A stretch of DNA of 64,000 nucleotides, taken from assembly GCA_003141835.1 (NCBI GenBank), contig PLNR01000009.1:72307-136306 (forward strand), in the 5' to 3' direction. The notes under the pieces were generated by a model. That model was not told the origin of the DNA. It worked only from the letters and a program-made list of their open reading frames with translations, and made no database searches. Below are positions 56,092-64,000 of this stretch, in pieces. The position numbers and the translations under genes are program-made. Within the stretch, counting starts at the first letter, position 1, and every line of letters begins with the position of its first letter. The stretch is from Candidatus Omnitrophota bacterium. Lineage in GTDB: Bacteria > Omnitrophota > Gorgyraeia > Pluralincolimonadales > Pluralincolimonadaceae.

Positions 56092-57378
56092 TTATACTAA
56101 AAGGGAATCGAGGTCTTTGAGGAAGTTGGGATATGACTTGGCGATGCAGGAGGTGTCGTCAATGACGGTGTCGCCCTTCGCCGCGAGGCCTGCGACGGCT
56201 ATCGACATCGCGGTCCTGTGGTCGCCGAAGCTCATCGCGGTTATGCCATTAAGCGCGCCGGTCCCCTCGATGACGATATCGTCGCCCTTCAGGTTGAACT
56301 TCGCGCCCATGTTCTTTAAGTTCGCGGCCATCGAGCTTATCCTGTCGGTCTCCTTGACCTTGAGTTCCTGAACGCCTTTTATTATCGTAATGCCTCTGGC
56401 GTAAGCGGCCGCGACCATGACAACGGGCAATTCATCTATCGAACGCGGGATGAGGTCCCCCTCTATGACCGCGCCGCGCAACTCGCTGCTCTCTATGGTT
56501 ATGTCGCCGACCGGCTCTGACGCTGCCTCCCTCGCATTTTCTATCGTGATCTTCGCGCCCATCTTATTGAGGATATCTATTATCCCGGTCCGCGTGGGAT
56601 TTACGCCGATCGACTTAAGCGTCACTGACGAATCCTTTACTATCGTCGCGGCAACCATGAAGAACGCTGCGGCGGATATATCTCCGGGGACATCTATATC
56701 CTGCGCGCGCAAATTCGCCCCGCCCTCGACCGATACCTTAAGCCCTTCGGCCGAGACACGCGCGCCGAACGCCTTGAGCATTCGCTCCGTATGGTCCCTC
56801 GACTTCGACGGCTCGGTGACAGAGGTCTTCCCGCCGGCGTAAAGCCCGGCTAGGAGGATCGCGGATTTGACCTGCGCGCTCGCGACCGGCGAAACATAAT
56901 CTATGGGTTTTAATTTCCCGCCGCGCACGGTTATCGGCGCGTAATCGGCGTTGTTCTTACCCTCGAATTTAGCGCCCATCAGGGAGAGCGGCTCGGTGAC
57001 GCGGCGCATCGGCCGCGCGGCCAATCCCTTATCAGCGGTCAAGGTCGCCGCGAAAGGCTGGCCTGCCAGGATGCCGAGGAGCAGGCGCATCGACGTGCCG
57101 GAATTGCGCATGAAAATCGGCCCTGAGGGTTCTTTTAGGCCTTTAATGCCGAGGCCTATTATGGTTATTTCATCAGGACTTTCTTTGATATCGATGCCGA
57201 GGGCGCGGAACGCCTCTATCGTGGTGAGGGTATCGTCTGAATGGAGTATATTCTTGATGACGCTCGTGCCGTTAGCGAGCGAGGCGAGCATAACGGCCCT
57301 GTGGGAGATGGACTTATCGCCGGGTAAAGCCAGGGATCCGCGCAATCTTTTTGCGGGTCTTATCGTGGCGGAGCTCAA
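56092..57378 (-). CDS. aroA: 3-phosphoshikimate 1-carboxyvinyltransferase.
   Basis: LPGDKSISHRAVMLASLANG...RPM... Confidence 0.95.
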   Translation of the reverse strand: MSSATIRPAKRLRGSLALPGDKSISHRAVMLASLANGTSVIKNILHSDDTLTTIEAFRALGIDIKESPDEITIIGLGIKGLKEPSGPIFMRNSGTSMRLLLGILAGQPFAATLTADKGLAARPMRRVTEPLSLMGAKFEGKNNADYAPITVRGGKLKPIDYVSPVASAQVKSAILLAGLYAGGKTSVTEPSKSRDHTERMLKAFGARVSAEGLKVSVEGGANLRAQDIDVPGDISAAAFFMVAATIVKDSSVTLKSIGVNPTRTGIIDILNKMGAKITIENAREAASEPVGDITIESSELRGAVIEGDLIPRSIDELPVVMVAAAYARGITIIKGVQELKVKETDRISSMAANLKNMGAKFNLKGDDIVIEGTGALNGITAMSFGDHRTAMSIAVAGLAAKGDTVIDDTSCIAKSYPNFLKDLDSLLV

Positions 57379-57379
57379 C

Positions 57380-58150
57380 TTACATAGCTTTCGCTATGTC
57401 GCCCTCTTTGATCTCACCGCTGTCAGGCAGTATGTTGGCGGCCGACATCGTCTCGTATACCTTCTCGACCTGGGCCTTGGCGACAAGCTTGTTATTCCTG
57501 AAGACTCCGAATGTCACGCCCGGGGTTATGCCTTTATTGTTGCCCGCGGCGACGACTATAAAATTAAATTCCTTGTTTACTACGAGGACTTTGCCTTCGG
57601 CCTCAACGCCGGGCTTGACGACTATCTTGTCAAGCTCTACTTCCTTTTTCGCATTAAGGTCCTCTACCTGTTTTGAAAGGCTCTGGTTGGTGACCTGCAG
57701 GTCGTTAAGTTTCTTCTGGGCCGCGGCGTATTCCTTCTGTAATTTATCGAACTGGTCCTGGATGGCTGCGCGTCCGGTCTTCTCGCTCTCCCAATTCGTC
57801 TTCACTTCCTCTATCTCTTTATCCTTATCGGACAACTTGGCGAGGGCGCCTTCCTTGGCTTTCCTCTCGTCCGCGATCTGCGACGCGAGCTGCTCGGCCT
57901 TATCCTGTAATGAGGTCACCTTGCCCTTGAGGTCGGCAAGCTGGGACTCGAGATCGGTCTTGAGCTTTTTCTGCTCGTCGAGCTGCTTCTGCAGGTCATC
58001 CTTGTTGGCCTGTAGATCTTTTAGGGAATTCTCGGTTGCAATACGGGTTTTCTTTTCGGATTGGAGCCCGCTGAAAGTAACGAAAGAAAATGCCAGGAAT
58101 ACAACGCATAGGATCGCTAATAATATGACTATAAGCCGGAACGATTTCAT
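57380..58150 (-). CDS. Membrane-anchored coiled-coil protein with a C-terminal beta-rich domain, hypothetical.
   Basis: N-terminal TM helix, about 150 aa of heptad-rich Q/K/E/L sequence, then a globular C-terminus (VLVVNKEFNFIVVAAGNNKGITPG). Confidence 0.55.
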   Translation of the reverse strand: MKSFRLIVILLAILCVVFLAFSFVTFSGLQSEKKTRIATENSLKDLQANKDDLQKQLDEQKKLKTDLESQLADLKGKVTSLQDKAEQLASQIADERKAKEGALAKLSDKDKEIEEVKTNWESEKTGRAAIQDQFDKLQKEYAAAQKKLNDLQVTNQSLSKQVEDLNAKKEVELDKIVVKPGVEAEGKVLVVNKEFNFIVVAAGNNKGITPGVTFGVFRNNKLVAKAQVEKVYETMSAANILPDSGEIKEGDIAKAM

Positions 58151-58200
58151 TTGTTCCTCCTTTTTAATTTCTATTGAAAAGTATTATATAGAACCGGGCT

Positions 58201-59112
58201 TCAAAATGCAAGAGAAATATCTGGGCCCATTATATTTTTCATGTCATCCGGCAGGTCGGCCCTGAATTCCATCTCCCTGCCGTCCTTGGGATGGCGCAGC
58301 TTCAGGTAATACGAATGGAGCGCCTGCCTGGGGAATTTCCCTTTCGAGCCGTACTTCTCATCACCCAGCACGGGATGGCCGATGTAGGCCATATGGACGC
58401 GTATCTGGTGCGTCCTGCCGGTCTTGAGGTCCAGCTTGACAAGGGTGAAACCGTCAAACCTCTTTATGACCTTATATTCGGTCACGGCATTGCGCTCCGA
58501 GTCATGCCTGACCGCCATCTTCTGCCGGTTGCTCGGGTGCCTGCCGATGGGCAGGTCCACGACGCCGTTGTCCATCTCCACGACGCCCTTGACCAGGGCC
58601 AGGTAATTTTTCTTCACGACGCGGTCCTTGAACTGCCTCGCGAGTTCCGCATGGCTGGCGTTGTTCTTCGCCGCGACCATCACGCCGGAGGTGTCCTTGT
58701 CCAGGCGGTGGACTATGCCGGGCCTGCCCTCGTTCATGTCGGAAAGTTTCCTGCAGTGGAAAAGCAGGGCGTTTACTATCGTGCCGGAACGCGTGCCCGG
58801 CGCGGGATGGACGGCGATCCCCGGCTGCTTGTTTATCACTATCATGTCGTCGTCTTCGTAAATTATCTCAAGGGGAATATCCTCGGCCTTCAGTTCAGGG
58901 GACGCGGGCTCCTCAAACGAGACCTCTATCTTCTCACCGGGCTTGACCTTGTGGTGCGCTTTGGCCGGCTTGCCGTCGACGAGGATATGCCCGGCGCCGA
59001 TAAGTTTTTTCAGGTGGGAGCGCGAGACAGTCTCGGGCAAGACCGAAACGAGATATTGGTCGAGGCGCGCGGATCCCGCCTCCGGCCCTACTTCGAAGGT
59101 ATAATTTTCCAT
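58201..59112 (-). CDS. rluD: RluA-family 23S rRNA pseudouridine synthase with an N-terminal S4 domain (RluD-type).
   Basis: S4-like N-terminus and catalytic HRLDKDTSG. The likely start is the ATG at 59112 (MENYTFEV...). The ORF-track extension overlaps lgt. Confidence 0.85.
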   Translation of the reverse strand: MENYTFEVGPEAGSARLDQYLVSVLPETVSRSHLKKLIGAGHILVDGKPAKAHHKVKPGEKIEVSFEEPASPELKAEDIPLEIIYEDDDMIVINKQPGIAVHPAPGTRSGTIVNALLFHCRKLSDMNEGRPGIVHRLDKDTSGVMVAAKNNASHAELARQFKDRVVKKNYLALVKGVVEMDNGVVDLPIGRHPSNRQKMAVRHDSERNAVTEYKVIKRFDGFTLVKLDLKTGRTHQIRVHMAYIGHPVLGDEKYGSKGKFPRQALHSYYLKLRHPKDGREMEFRADLPDDMKNIMGPDISLAF

Positions 59113-59810
59113 AATATCACCGCCGTAGCGAATACCACTATTGATACTGCCTGTGAGAAGGTCAATCCCATTACGGCGAGCATGTTGTCGCCGCGCAGGA
59201 ACTCGATGAAGAACCTGAAAACGGAATAAAGTATAAGGTACAGGAAGAGCGTCCTCCCGTTCGACGGTGCGCGCTTCCTTAATAGCAGGTATACGATAAA
59301 CATCGCGGCGGATTCGAAGAGCTGGGTCGGCAGTACCGCGCCCTGCTCCGGGTTGAAGACGACCCCTATTGGCAGCGATGTAGGCTTGCCGTAGCAGCAG
59401 CCGTTCAGGAAGCATCCTATGCGGCCGATCGCCTGGCCCAAGGCAATATACGGCATCAGGAGGTCCGCGGTCTTTAATACCGGCATCTTATACATACGCA
59501 GGAAGACGGCCCCGCTTATGACTGCCAGGATGAGCCCGCCGTACCAGACCAGGCCTCCCTCCCAGAGCTTGAATACATCCATCGGCCTGGATTTGAAATA
59601 ATCGAGGTCCAAAAGCACGAACATCAGCCTTCCGCCTATTACGCCGGATACGATAAGGGTGACCATGAGGTCGAGGATCTTCTCGCCGTCCATGCCGATG
59701 GCGGACGCGCGGCGTCTCGCCAGGAACGAGCATACCAGGAAAGCCAGCGCGAGCATCGCGCCGTATGAGTATACCGGAAAGCAGCCTGCCTTAAATAATA
59801 CGGGATGCAT
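59088..59810 (-). CDS. lgt: Prolipoprotein diacylglyceryl transferase.
   Basis: MHPVLFKAGCFPVYSYGAMLALAFL...GGRL... Confidence 0.9.
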   Translation of the reverse strand: MHPVLFKAGCFPVYSYGAMLALAFLVCSFLARRRASAIGMDGEKILDLMVTLIVSGVIGGRLMFVLLDLDYFKSRPMDVFKLWEGGLVWYGGLILAVISGAVFLRMYKMPVLKTADLLMPYIALGQAIGRIGCFLNGCCYGKPTSLPIGVVFNPEQGAVLPTQLFESAAMFIVYLLLRKRAPSNGRTLFLYLILYSVFRFFIEFLRGDNMLAVMGLTFSQAVSIVVFATAVILWKIIPSK

Positions 59811-60255
59811 CTTCCCCCCTCAATATCATCACGAAAAGCAATACCGCCCCTATCGTTATGCAGGAATCAGCGACATTGAAGACCGGCCAAAAGTGCAGGT
59901 CTATGAAATCCACTACATGACCGAAACGGAGCCTGTCTATCAGGTTCCCTATCGCGCCGCCGAGTATCAAGGCGAAAGGCAGGTAAAGGGAGGGTTTCTT
60001 CTTTACCAGGTAGAAAATAGTGAACGCTATCGCTATGACGGAAATTGCCACGAAGACGGTGGTCTGGCACCTGAAGAGGCCGAAAGCGGCCCCGGTATTC
60101 TTGACGAGGGTGAAACTTACGATGGTGCCGATCGCGGGAATAGAACCTGCGGAAGTCAATTTCGTTATCGCTATCGCCTTGGTCACCTGGTCTATGATGA
60201 CTACCAAGGCGGCGATAATGAAGGGCGCTAGTCCCTTCCGCAGAAGGGGCAGCAT
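59791..60255 (-). CDS. lspA: Lipoprotein signal peptidase II.
   Basis: 154 aa, four TM helices, conserved Asn/Asp motifs (FNVAD). Confidence 0.9.
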   Translation of the reverse strand: MLPLLRKGLAPFIIAALVVIIDQVTKAIAITKLTSAGSIPAIGTIVSFTLVKNTGAAFGLFRCQTTVFVAISVIAIAFTIFYLVKKKPSLYLPFALILGGAIGNLIDRLRFGHVVDFIDLHFWPVFNVADSCITIGAVLLFVMILRGEDASRII

Positions 60256-60650
60256 CAGATTATCTTCTTCTGCGGATCCTCTTTAGCCTGGCATTCGAGG
60301 CAAAGGCCGGCCCAGGGCATAGCGGAAAGGCGTTGTTTGGGTATCGGCTTTTCGCATTCGGTGCATATGCCGAAGGTCTTATCCTCGATGCGTTTGAGCG
60401 CCTCTTCTATGGCATAAAGTATCTTCTGCTGGACGTTCGTGGCGATGCCGAGCGAGAATTCCCTCTCGAAGCTGTCCGTAGCGACATCAGCCATGTGGAA
60501 AGAATAAGCCGACAGGTCGCCGGAGGCGTCCCTCTGCGACGTATTCAGGGAATCCTTCTGTACGCCGCGGACCTCTTTGAGCATCTCCTCTTTTTTCTTG
60601 AGGAGCATCTTCTTAAATTTTTCGAGCTCTTCTTTATCTAGCTTCATCAT
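60255..60650 (-). CDS. DksA/TraR-family C4 zinc-finger regulator.
   Basis: Coiled-coil N-terminus and CTECEKPI...CLECQ. The likely start is the ATG 2 nt after the ileS stop. Confidence 0.75.
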   Translation of the reverse strand: MMKLDKEELEKFKKMLLKKKEEMLKEVRGVQKDSLNTSQRDASGDLSAYSFHMADVATDSFEREFSLGIATNVQQKILYAIEEALKRIEDKTFGICTECEKPIPKQRLSAMPWAGLCLECQAKEDPQKKII

Positions 60651-60652
60651 TA

Positions 60653-63430
60653 TTATTCTCCTTTTAATACCTTTGAACAGCGCCCGCAAAGTTCCGGATG
60701 TTCCGCGTCGCTTCCAACCTCTTTTTTGTACGTCCAGCACCTGCCGCATTTGCCTCCGGAGGCCTTATCCACGTAGATGCCCAGCCCTTCGGCTTCGAGC
60801 AACCCGTCTTTTCCCGCCGGCATTCCGCTTACTTCCTCCAGCCTGAAATCCGAGACCAGGAATACGGCGGCCAGCTCTTTCGCGAAATCATGCAGGAACC
60901 TGTATTTCCCGGCATCCTTTACATATAACGTGACGCTTGCTTCCATCGAATCGCCGATGACTGCCTTAGCCCTCTTCTCCTCTATCGCCTTCATTACGAA
61001 AGGCCGCAGGGCGAAGATCTTCTCCCATTTCTCCTCAAGGGACCTGTCTATGTATCCCTCTTTGGGCTCGGGCCAAAGCGAGGCGTGTATGCACGATTCC
61101 GGGTCGTCGCGCTTCATCTTCTGCCATATCTCGTCGGCAGTGAATGGCGCGACCGGCGCGAGGACTTTCGCCAGGACCGACACTATCTCATAGATAGCGG
61201 CCTGGCACGACCTCCGCTCTTTCGAGTTCGGCGCATAAGTATACAACCTGTCCTTTGATACGTCAAGATAAAAACTGGAAAGCTCGACGGTGCAAAAATT
61301 ATACAGCGCGCGGAAGACCTTGTGGAACTCGAACGCGTCATAATAACCCGCGGCTTCCGCGGCAAGCGAATATGCCTTCGAGACCGCCCATTTATCCACC
61401 TCGAGCAGGTCCTTGTGCGCGAGCCTGTCTTTATTCGGGTCGAAATCGAAAAGATTTCCCAGTATGAAGCGCGCTGTGTTCCTGATCTTGCGGTACGCCT
61501 CTGAAGTGCGCTCGATTATCTCTTTCGATATCCTTATATCCTCGTAGTAATCGCACGATGCGACCCACATCCTCAACACGTCTGCACCGTGCGTCTTTAT
61601 CACGTCCTGCGGTGAGATGGTGTTGCCCAGCGATTTCGACATCTTCCTGCCTTCGCCGTCGACAACGAACCCGTGCGTCAGGACGTTATTGAACGGAGGC
61701 CTGCCCTCTATGGGCATCGAGGTCAGTATCGCCGCCTGGAACCACCCGCGGTGCTGGTCGCTGCCTTCAAGATAAAGGTCGGCCGGGAACGCTAGCTCTT
61801 TCCTGCTCCTTAATACGGACTGGTGGCTGACGCCGGAATCGAACCAGACGTCGAGTATATCTTCTTCCTTCCTGAATTTCTTGCCTTTACATTCCGGGCA
61901 CTCGAACCCGCCAGGCAACAGCTCTTCCGCGGGCTTGCTGAACCAGACGTTCGAGCCATCAACCTCCATCAGCCCTGCGATATGGTTTATCACTTTGGTG
62001 TCGAGTATGGGTTTCTTGCACGACTCGCAATAGAATGCGGGTATGGGAACCCCCCAGTACCTCTGGCGCGAAAGGCACCAGTCAGGCCGGTTCTCTATCA
62101 TCGCCGAGATCCTGTTCTCGCCGACAGCAGGGACCCATTTCACTTTCTTTACTTCTTCGAGCGTTTTCTTCCTCAAAGAATTGTGGTCGACGTTTATGAA
62201 CCACTGGACGGTGGCCCTGAAGATGACAGGCTCCTTACACCTCCAGCAATGCGGATATGAATGCGAGATCGTCCCGCTGCTGAGAAGCGCACCGTCTTTC
62301 CTTAATCTCTCTAATATGGGTTCGTTGGCCTTGAAGACATGCATGCCGGCGAATTCCCCGGCCGTCTTGTCGAAGATTCCCCTCTCGTCGACAGGCATTA
62401 TCGTCGGCAGGCCGTATCTCTGCCCGGTAAGATAATCTTCCATGCCGTGGCCCGGCGCTGTGTGGACGCATCCTGAGCCTTCCTCGTTCGATACATAATC
62501 CGCGAGGACAACTTTTCCTTCCCTCTCGATGAACGGATGCTTATATGTTATCCCCTCAATGTCTTTCCCTTTTACCGTGGAGATGACTTTATAGTCTTTA
62601 AAGCCGGCCTTCTCCGCGACTGATCCGAGAAGGTCCTTCGCGAGGATATAATGTTCGCCGTTCGCCTCGATCGTCACGTAATCGAGCGACGGATGGACTG
62701 CGACCGCGACATTCGCGACCAACGTCCACGGCGTAGTCGTCCAGATGATGAGATGATCCTCGCCGCCTTTTACTTTGGGACCGGTCATCTTGAATCTGAC
62801 GAATACGGACGGGGATGCATGGTCCGCGTATTCGACCTCGGCCTCGGCTAAAGCAGTCTCGCAGCGCACGCACCAGTTGACCGGCTTTACGCCTTTATAG
62901 ACATAACCGCCTTCGACGAGCTTGCCGAACGAGCGGATGATGCCGGCGACATATCCGGGCTTGAGCGTAAGATACGGGTCATCCCAGTCGCCGAATACCC
63001 CCAGGCGTTTAAATTGTTCCTTCTGGGTGCCGACAAATTTGAGCGCGTAATCGGCCGCTTTCTTCCTGAACTCAAGCTGGCCTATCTGGCCCTTCGATAT
63101 CTTGAGCTCCTTAAATAAAGCGTGCTCGACCGGCAGCCCGTGGCAGTCCCAACCCGGGACATACGGCGAATCGAACCCGCGCATCGTCTTATATTTTACG
63201 ACTATGTCCTTGAGCGTCTTATTGAGCGCGTGGCCGATATGGATGTCGCCGTTAGCGTACGGTGGTCCGTCATGCAGGATATACTTCGGTTTCCCGGCGA
63301 ATTTCTTCCTGATGCGGCCGTATATATCATTCTCCTGCCAGGATTTCAGCATCTCAGGCTCCCTCTTGGGGAGGTCGGCCTTCATCGGGAAATCGGTCTT
63401 CGGCAGATTTAACGTGTCTTTATAATTCAT
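60653..63430 (-). CDS. ileS: Isoleucine--tRNA ligase.
   Basis: HIGH ([13 protein letters not shown]) and KMSKS ([10 protein letters not shown]). C-terminal zinc finger CGRCW...CGRC. Confidence 0.95.
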   Translation of the reverse strand: MNYKDTLNLPKTDFPMKADLPKREPEMLKSWQENDIYGRIRKKFAGKPKYILHDGPPYANGDIHIGHALNKTLKDIVVKYKTMRGFDSPYVPGWDCHGLPVEHALFKELKISKGQIGQLEFRKKAADYALKFVGTQKEQFKRLGVFGDWDDPYLTLKPGYVAGIIRSFGKLVEGGYVYKGVKPVNWCVRCETALAEAEVEYADHASPSVFVRFKMTGPKVKGGEDHLIIWTTTPWTLVANVAVAVHPSLDYVTIEANGEHYILAKDLLGSVAEKAGFKDYKVISTVKGKDIEGITYKHPFIEREGKVVLADYVSNEEGSGCVHTAPGHGMEDYLTGQRYGLPTIMPVDERGIFDKTAGEFAGMHVFKANEPILERLRKDGALLSSGTISHSYPHCWRCKEPVIFRATVQWFINVDHNSLRKKTLEEVKKVKWVPAVGENRISAMIENRPDWCLSRQRYWGVPIPAFYCESCKKPILDTKVINHIAGLMEVDGSNVWFSKPAEELLPGGFECPECKGKKFRKEEDILDVWFDSGVSHQSVLRSRKELAFPADLYLEGSDQHRGWFQAAILTSMPIEGRPPFNNVLTHGFVVDGEGRKMSKSLGNTISPQDVIKTHGADVLRMWVASCDYYEDIRISKEIIERTSEAYRKIRNTARFILGNLFDFDPNKDRLAHKDLLEVDKWAVSKAYSLAAEAAGYYDAFEFHKVFRALYNFCTVELSSFYLDVSKDRLYTYAPNSKERRSCQAAIYEIVSVLAKVLAPVAPFTADEIWQKMKRDDPESCIHASLWPEPKEGYIDRSLEEKWEKIFALRPFVMKAIEEKRAKAVIGDSMEASVTLYVKDAGKYRFLHDFAKELAAVFLVSDFRLEEVSGMPAGKDGLLEAEGLGIYVDKASGGKCGRCWTYKKEVGSDAEHPELCGRCSKVLKGE

Positions 63431-63453
63431 CCCGCACCTTTCTTTAATTCAAA

Positions 63454-63474
63454 CCGCACCTTAATAAGGTGCGG
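63454..63474 (-). terminator. Intrinsic terminator hairpin downstream of the PNP-family gene. Its 3' arm is duplicated as the ileS Shine-Dalgarno.
   Basis: CCGCACCTT-aat-AAGGTGCGG is a perfect 9-bp stem, followed on the minus strand by UUUGAAUU. Confidence 0.55.
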
Positions 63475-63477
63475 GGT

Positions 63478-64000
63478 TCATATCTTCTCTATCAGTTTAC
63501 AGATCAGTTTAGTCAATTTCGGTTCGGCTTCGTTTGCAGTCTTTATTATCTCATCTATATTGCACGGCTTGAGGGTTTCGGGGAGGCATACGTCCGTGAT
63601 TACGCTCGCGCCGAAGATCCGCAATCCCGCGTGCCTTGCGACAATGACTTCCGGTACGGTCGACATCCCGACCGCGTCCGCGCCGATCACCTGGAAGAAC
63701 TTATACTCGGCGCGCGTCTCGAGGTTGGGGCCGCTGACGCCGATATAAATACCTTTGTGCATCCTTATCTTCTCTTCCTTGGCGACCTGCTCGGCCAGTT
63801 TGATAAGCTCCGGGTCGTAGAGGTCGCAGAAATCAGGGAACCTGGGCCCGAGGGATTCGTCGTTCGGCCCTATCAACGGGTTGACACCGGTGAAATTTAT
63901 GTGGTCGGATATCGCCATGAGGTCGCCGGCCTTGTAGCCCGGATTCATCCCGCCAGCCGCGTTCGAGACGATGAGTATCTTCGCTCCGAGAGCCTTTACC
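63478..64000 (-). CDS. Purine nucleoside / methylthioadenosine phosphorylase family protein (PNP_UDP_1 fold), C-terminal part. The gene continues beyond the right edge of the window.
   Basis: [50 protein letters not shown] is the PNP signature region. The frame is open to position 64000. Confidence 0.8.
   Translation of the reverse strand, partial: VKALGAKILIVSNAAGGMNPGYKAGDLMAISDHINFTGVNPLIGPNDESLGPRFPDFCDLYDPELIKLAEQVAKEEKIRMHKGIYIGVSGPNLETRAEYKFFQVIGADAVGMSTVPEVIVARHAGLRIFGASVITDVCLPETLKPCNIDEIIKTANEAEPKLTKLICKLIEKI

Noticed and set aside
1-64000. A search for CRISPR arrays, rRNA and tRNA genes.
   Set aside because: There are no regularly spaced direct repeats. There is no 16S/23S-like conserved block. 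Intergenic gaps are too short, or are occupied by the repeat element, and I could not find T-loop GTTCGA/GTTCAA contexts with acceptor stems by eye. A tRNAscan-SE run would settle this.

Overview
This 64-kb window is a high-GC chromosomal segment from a diderm bacterium. Gene packing is very dense, and all but four of the roughly 66 coding genes I call lie on the minus strand. Most of the content is housekeeping: gatCAB, rsmA, pdxA, two surA-like genes, mfd, argS, rsfS, nadD, proBA, obg, rplU-rpmA, rng, mreBCD-mrdA-rodA, aroA, rluD, lgt, lspA, a dksA-like gene, ileS and a purine nucleoside phosphorylase family gene that runs off the right end.

The accessory content is dominated by type IV pilus / type II secretion machinery. 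A roughly 17-kb block at 31.7-48.7 kb carries pilMNOPQ, three paralogous major-pilin genes, a plus-strand minor-pilin operon with a PilX-like gene, pilC, two PilB/GspE ATPase paralogs, a stand-alone MshEN (c-di-GMP-binding type) domain protein, pilT, and a membrane HAMP-GAF sensor with a degenerate GGDEF domain. This block appears to be inserted between a TIGR03960-type radical SAM gene and its usual DUF2344 partner. A second pilB-pilB-pilC' module sits at the left edge, so the window holds four PilB-type ATPases, one PilT and two PilC.

Other notable items:
- an adjacent larB-larC pair;
- a bactofilin fused to an excisionase-type HTH, next to an HTH protein with a membrane anchor;
- a compact Mfd lacking the UvrB-homology and D7 domains;
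- an AT-rich islet with two hypothetical proteins next to rplU;
- an unannotated 46-aa zinc-ribbon gene;
- a 191-193-bp GC-rich element with terminal inverted repeats (MITE-like) present in two inverted copies 35.6 kb apart, plus a degenerate fragment;
- several near-consensus sigma70 promoters (TTGACA-N16/17-TATACT/TATAAT), two of which imply leaderless pilin mRNAs.

I found no rRNA, tRNA or CRISPR array by eye.
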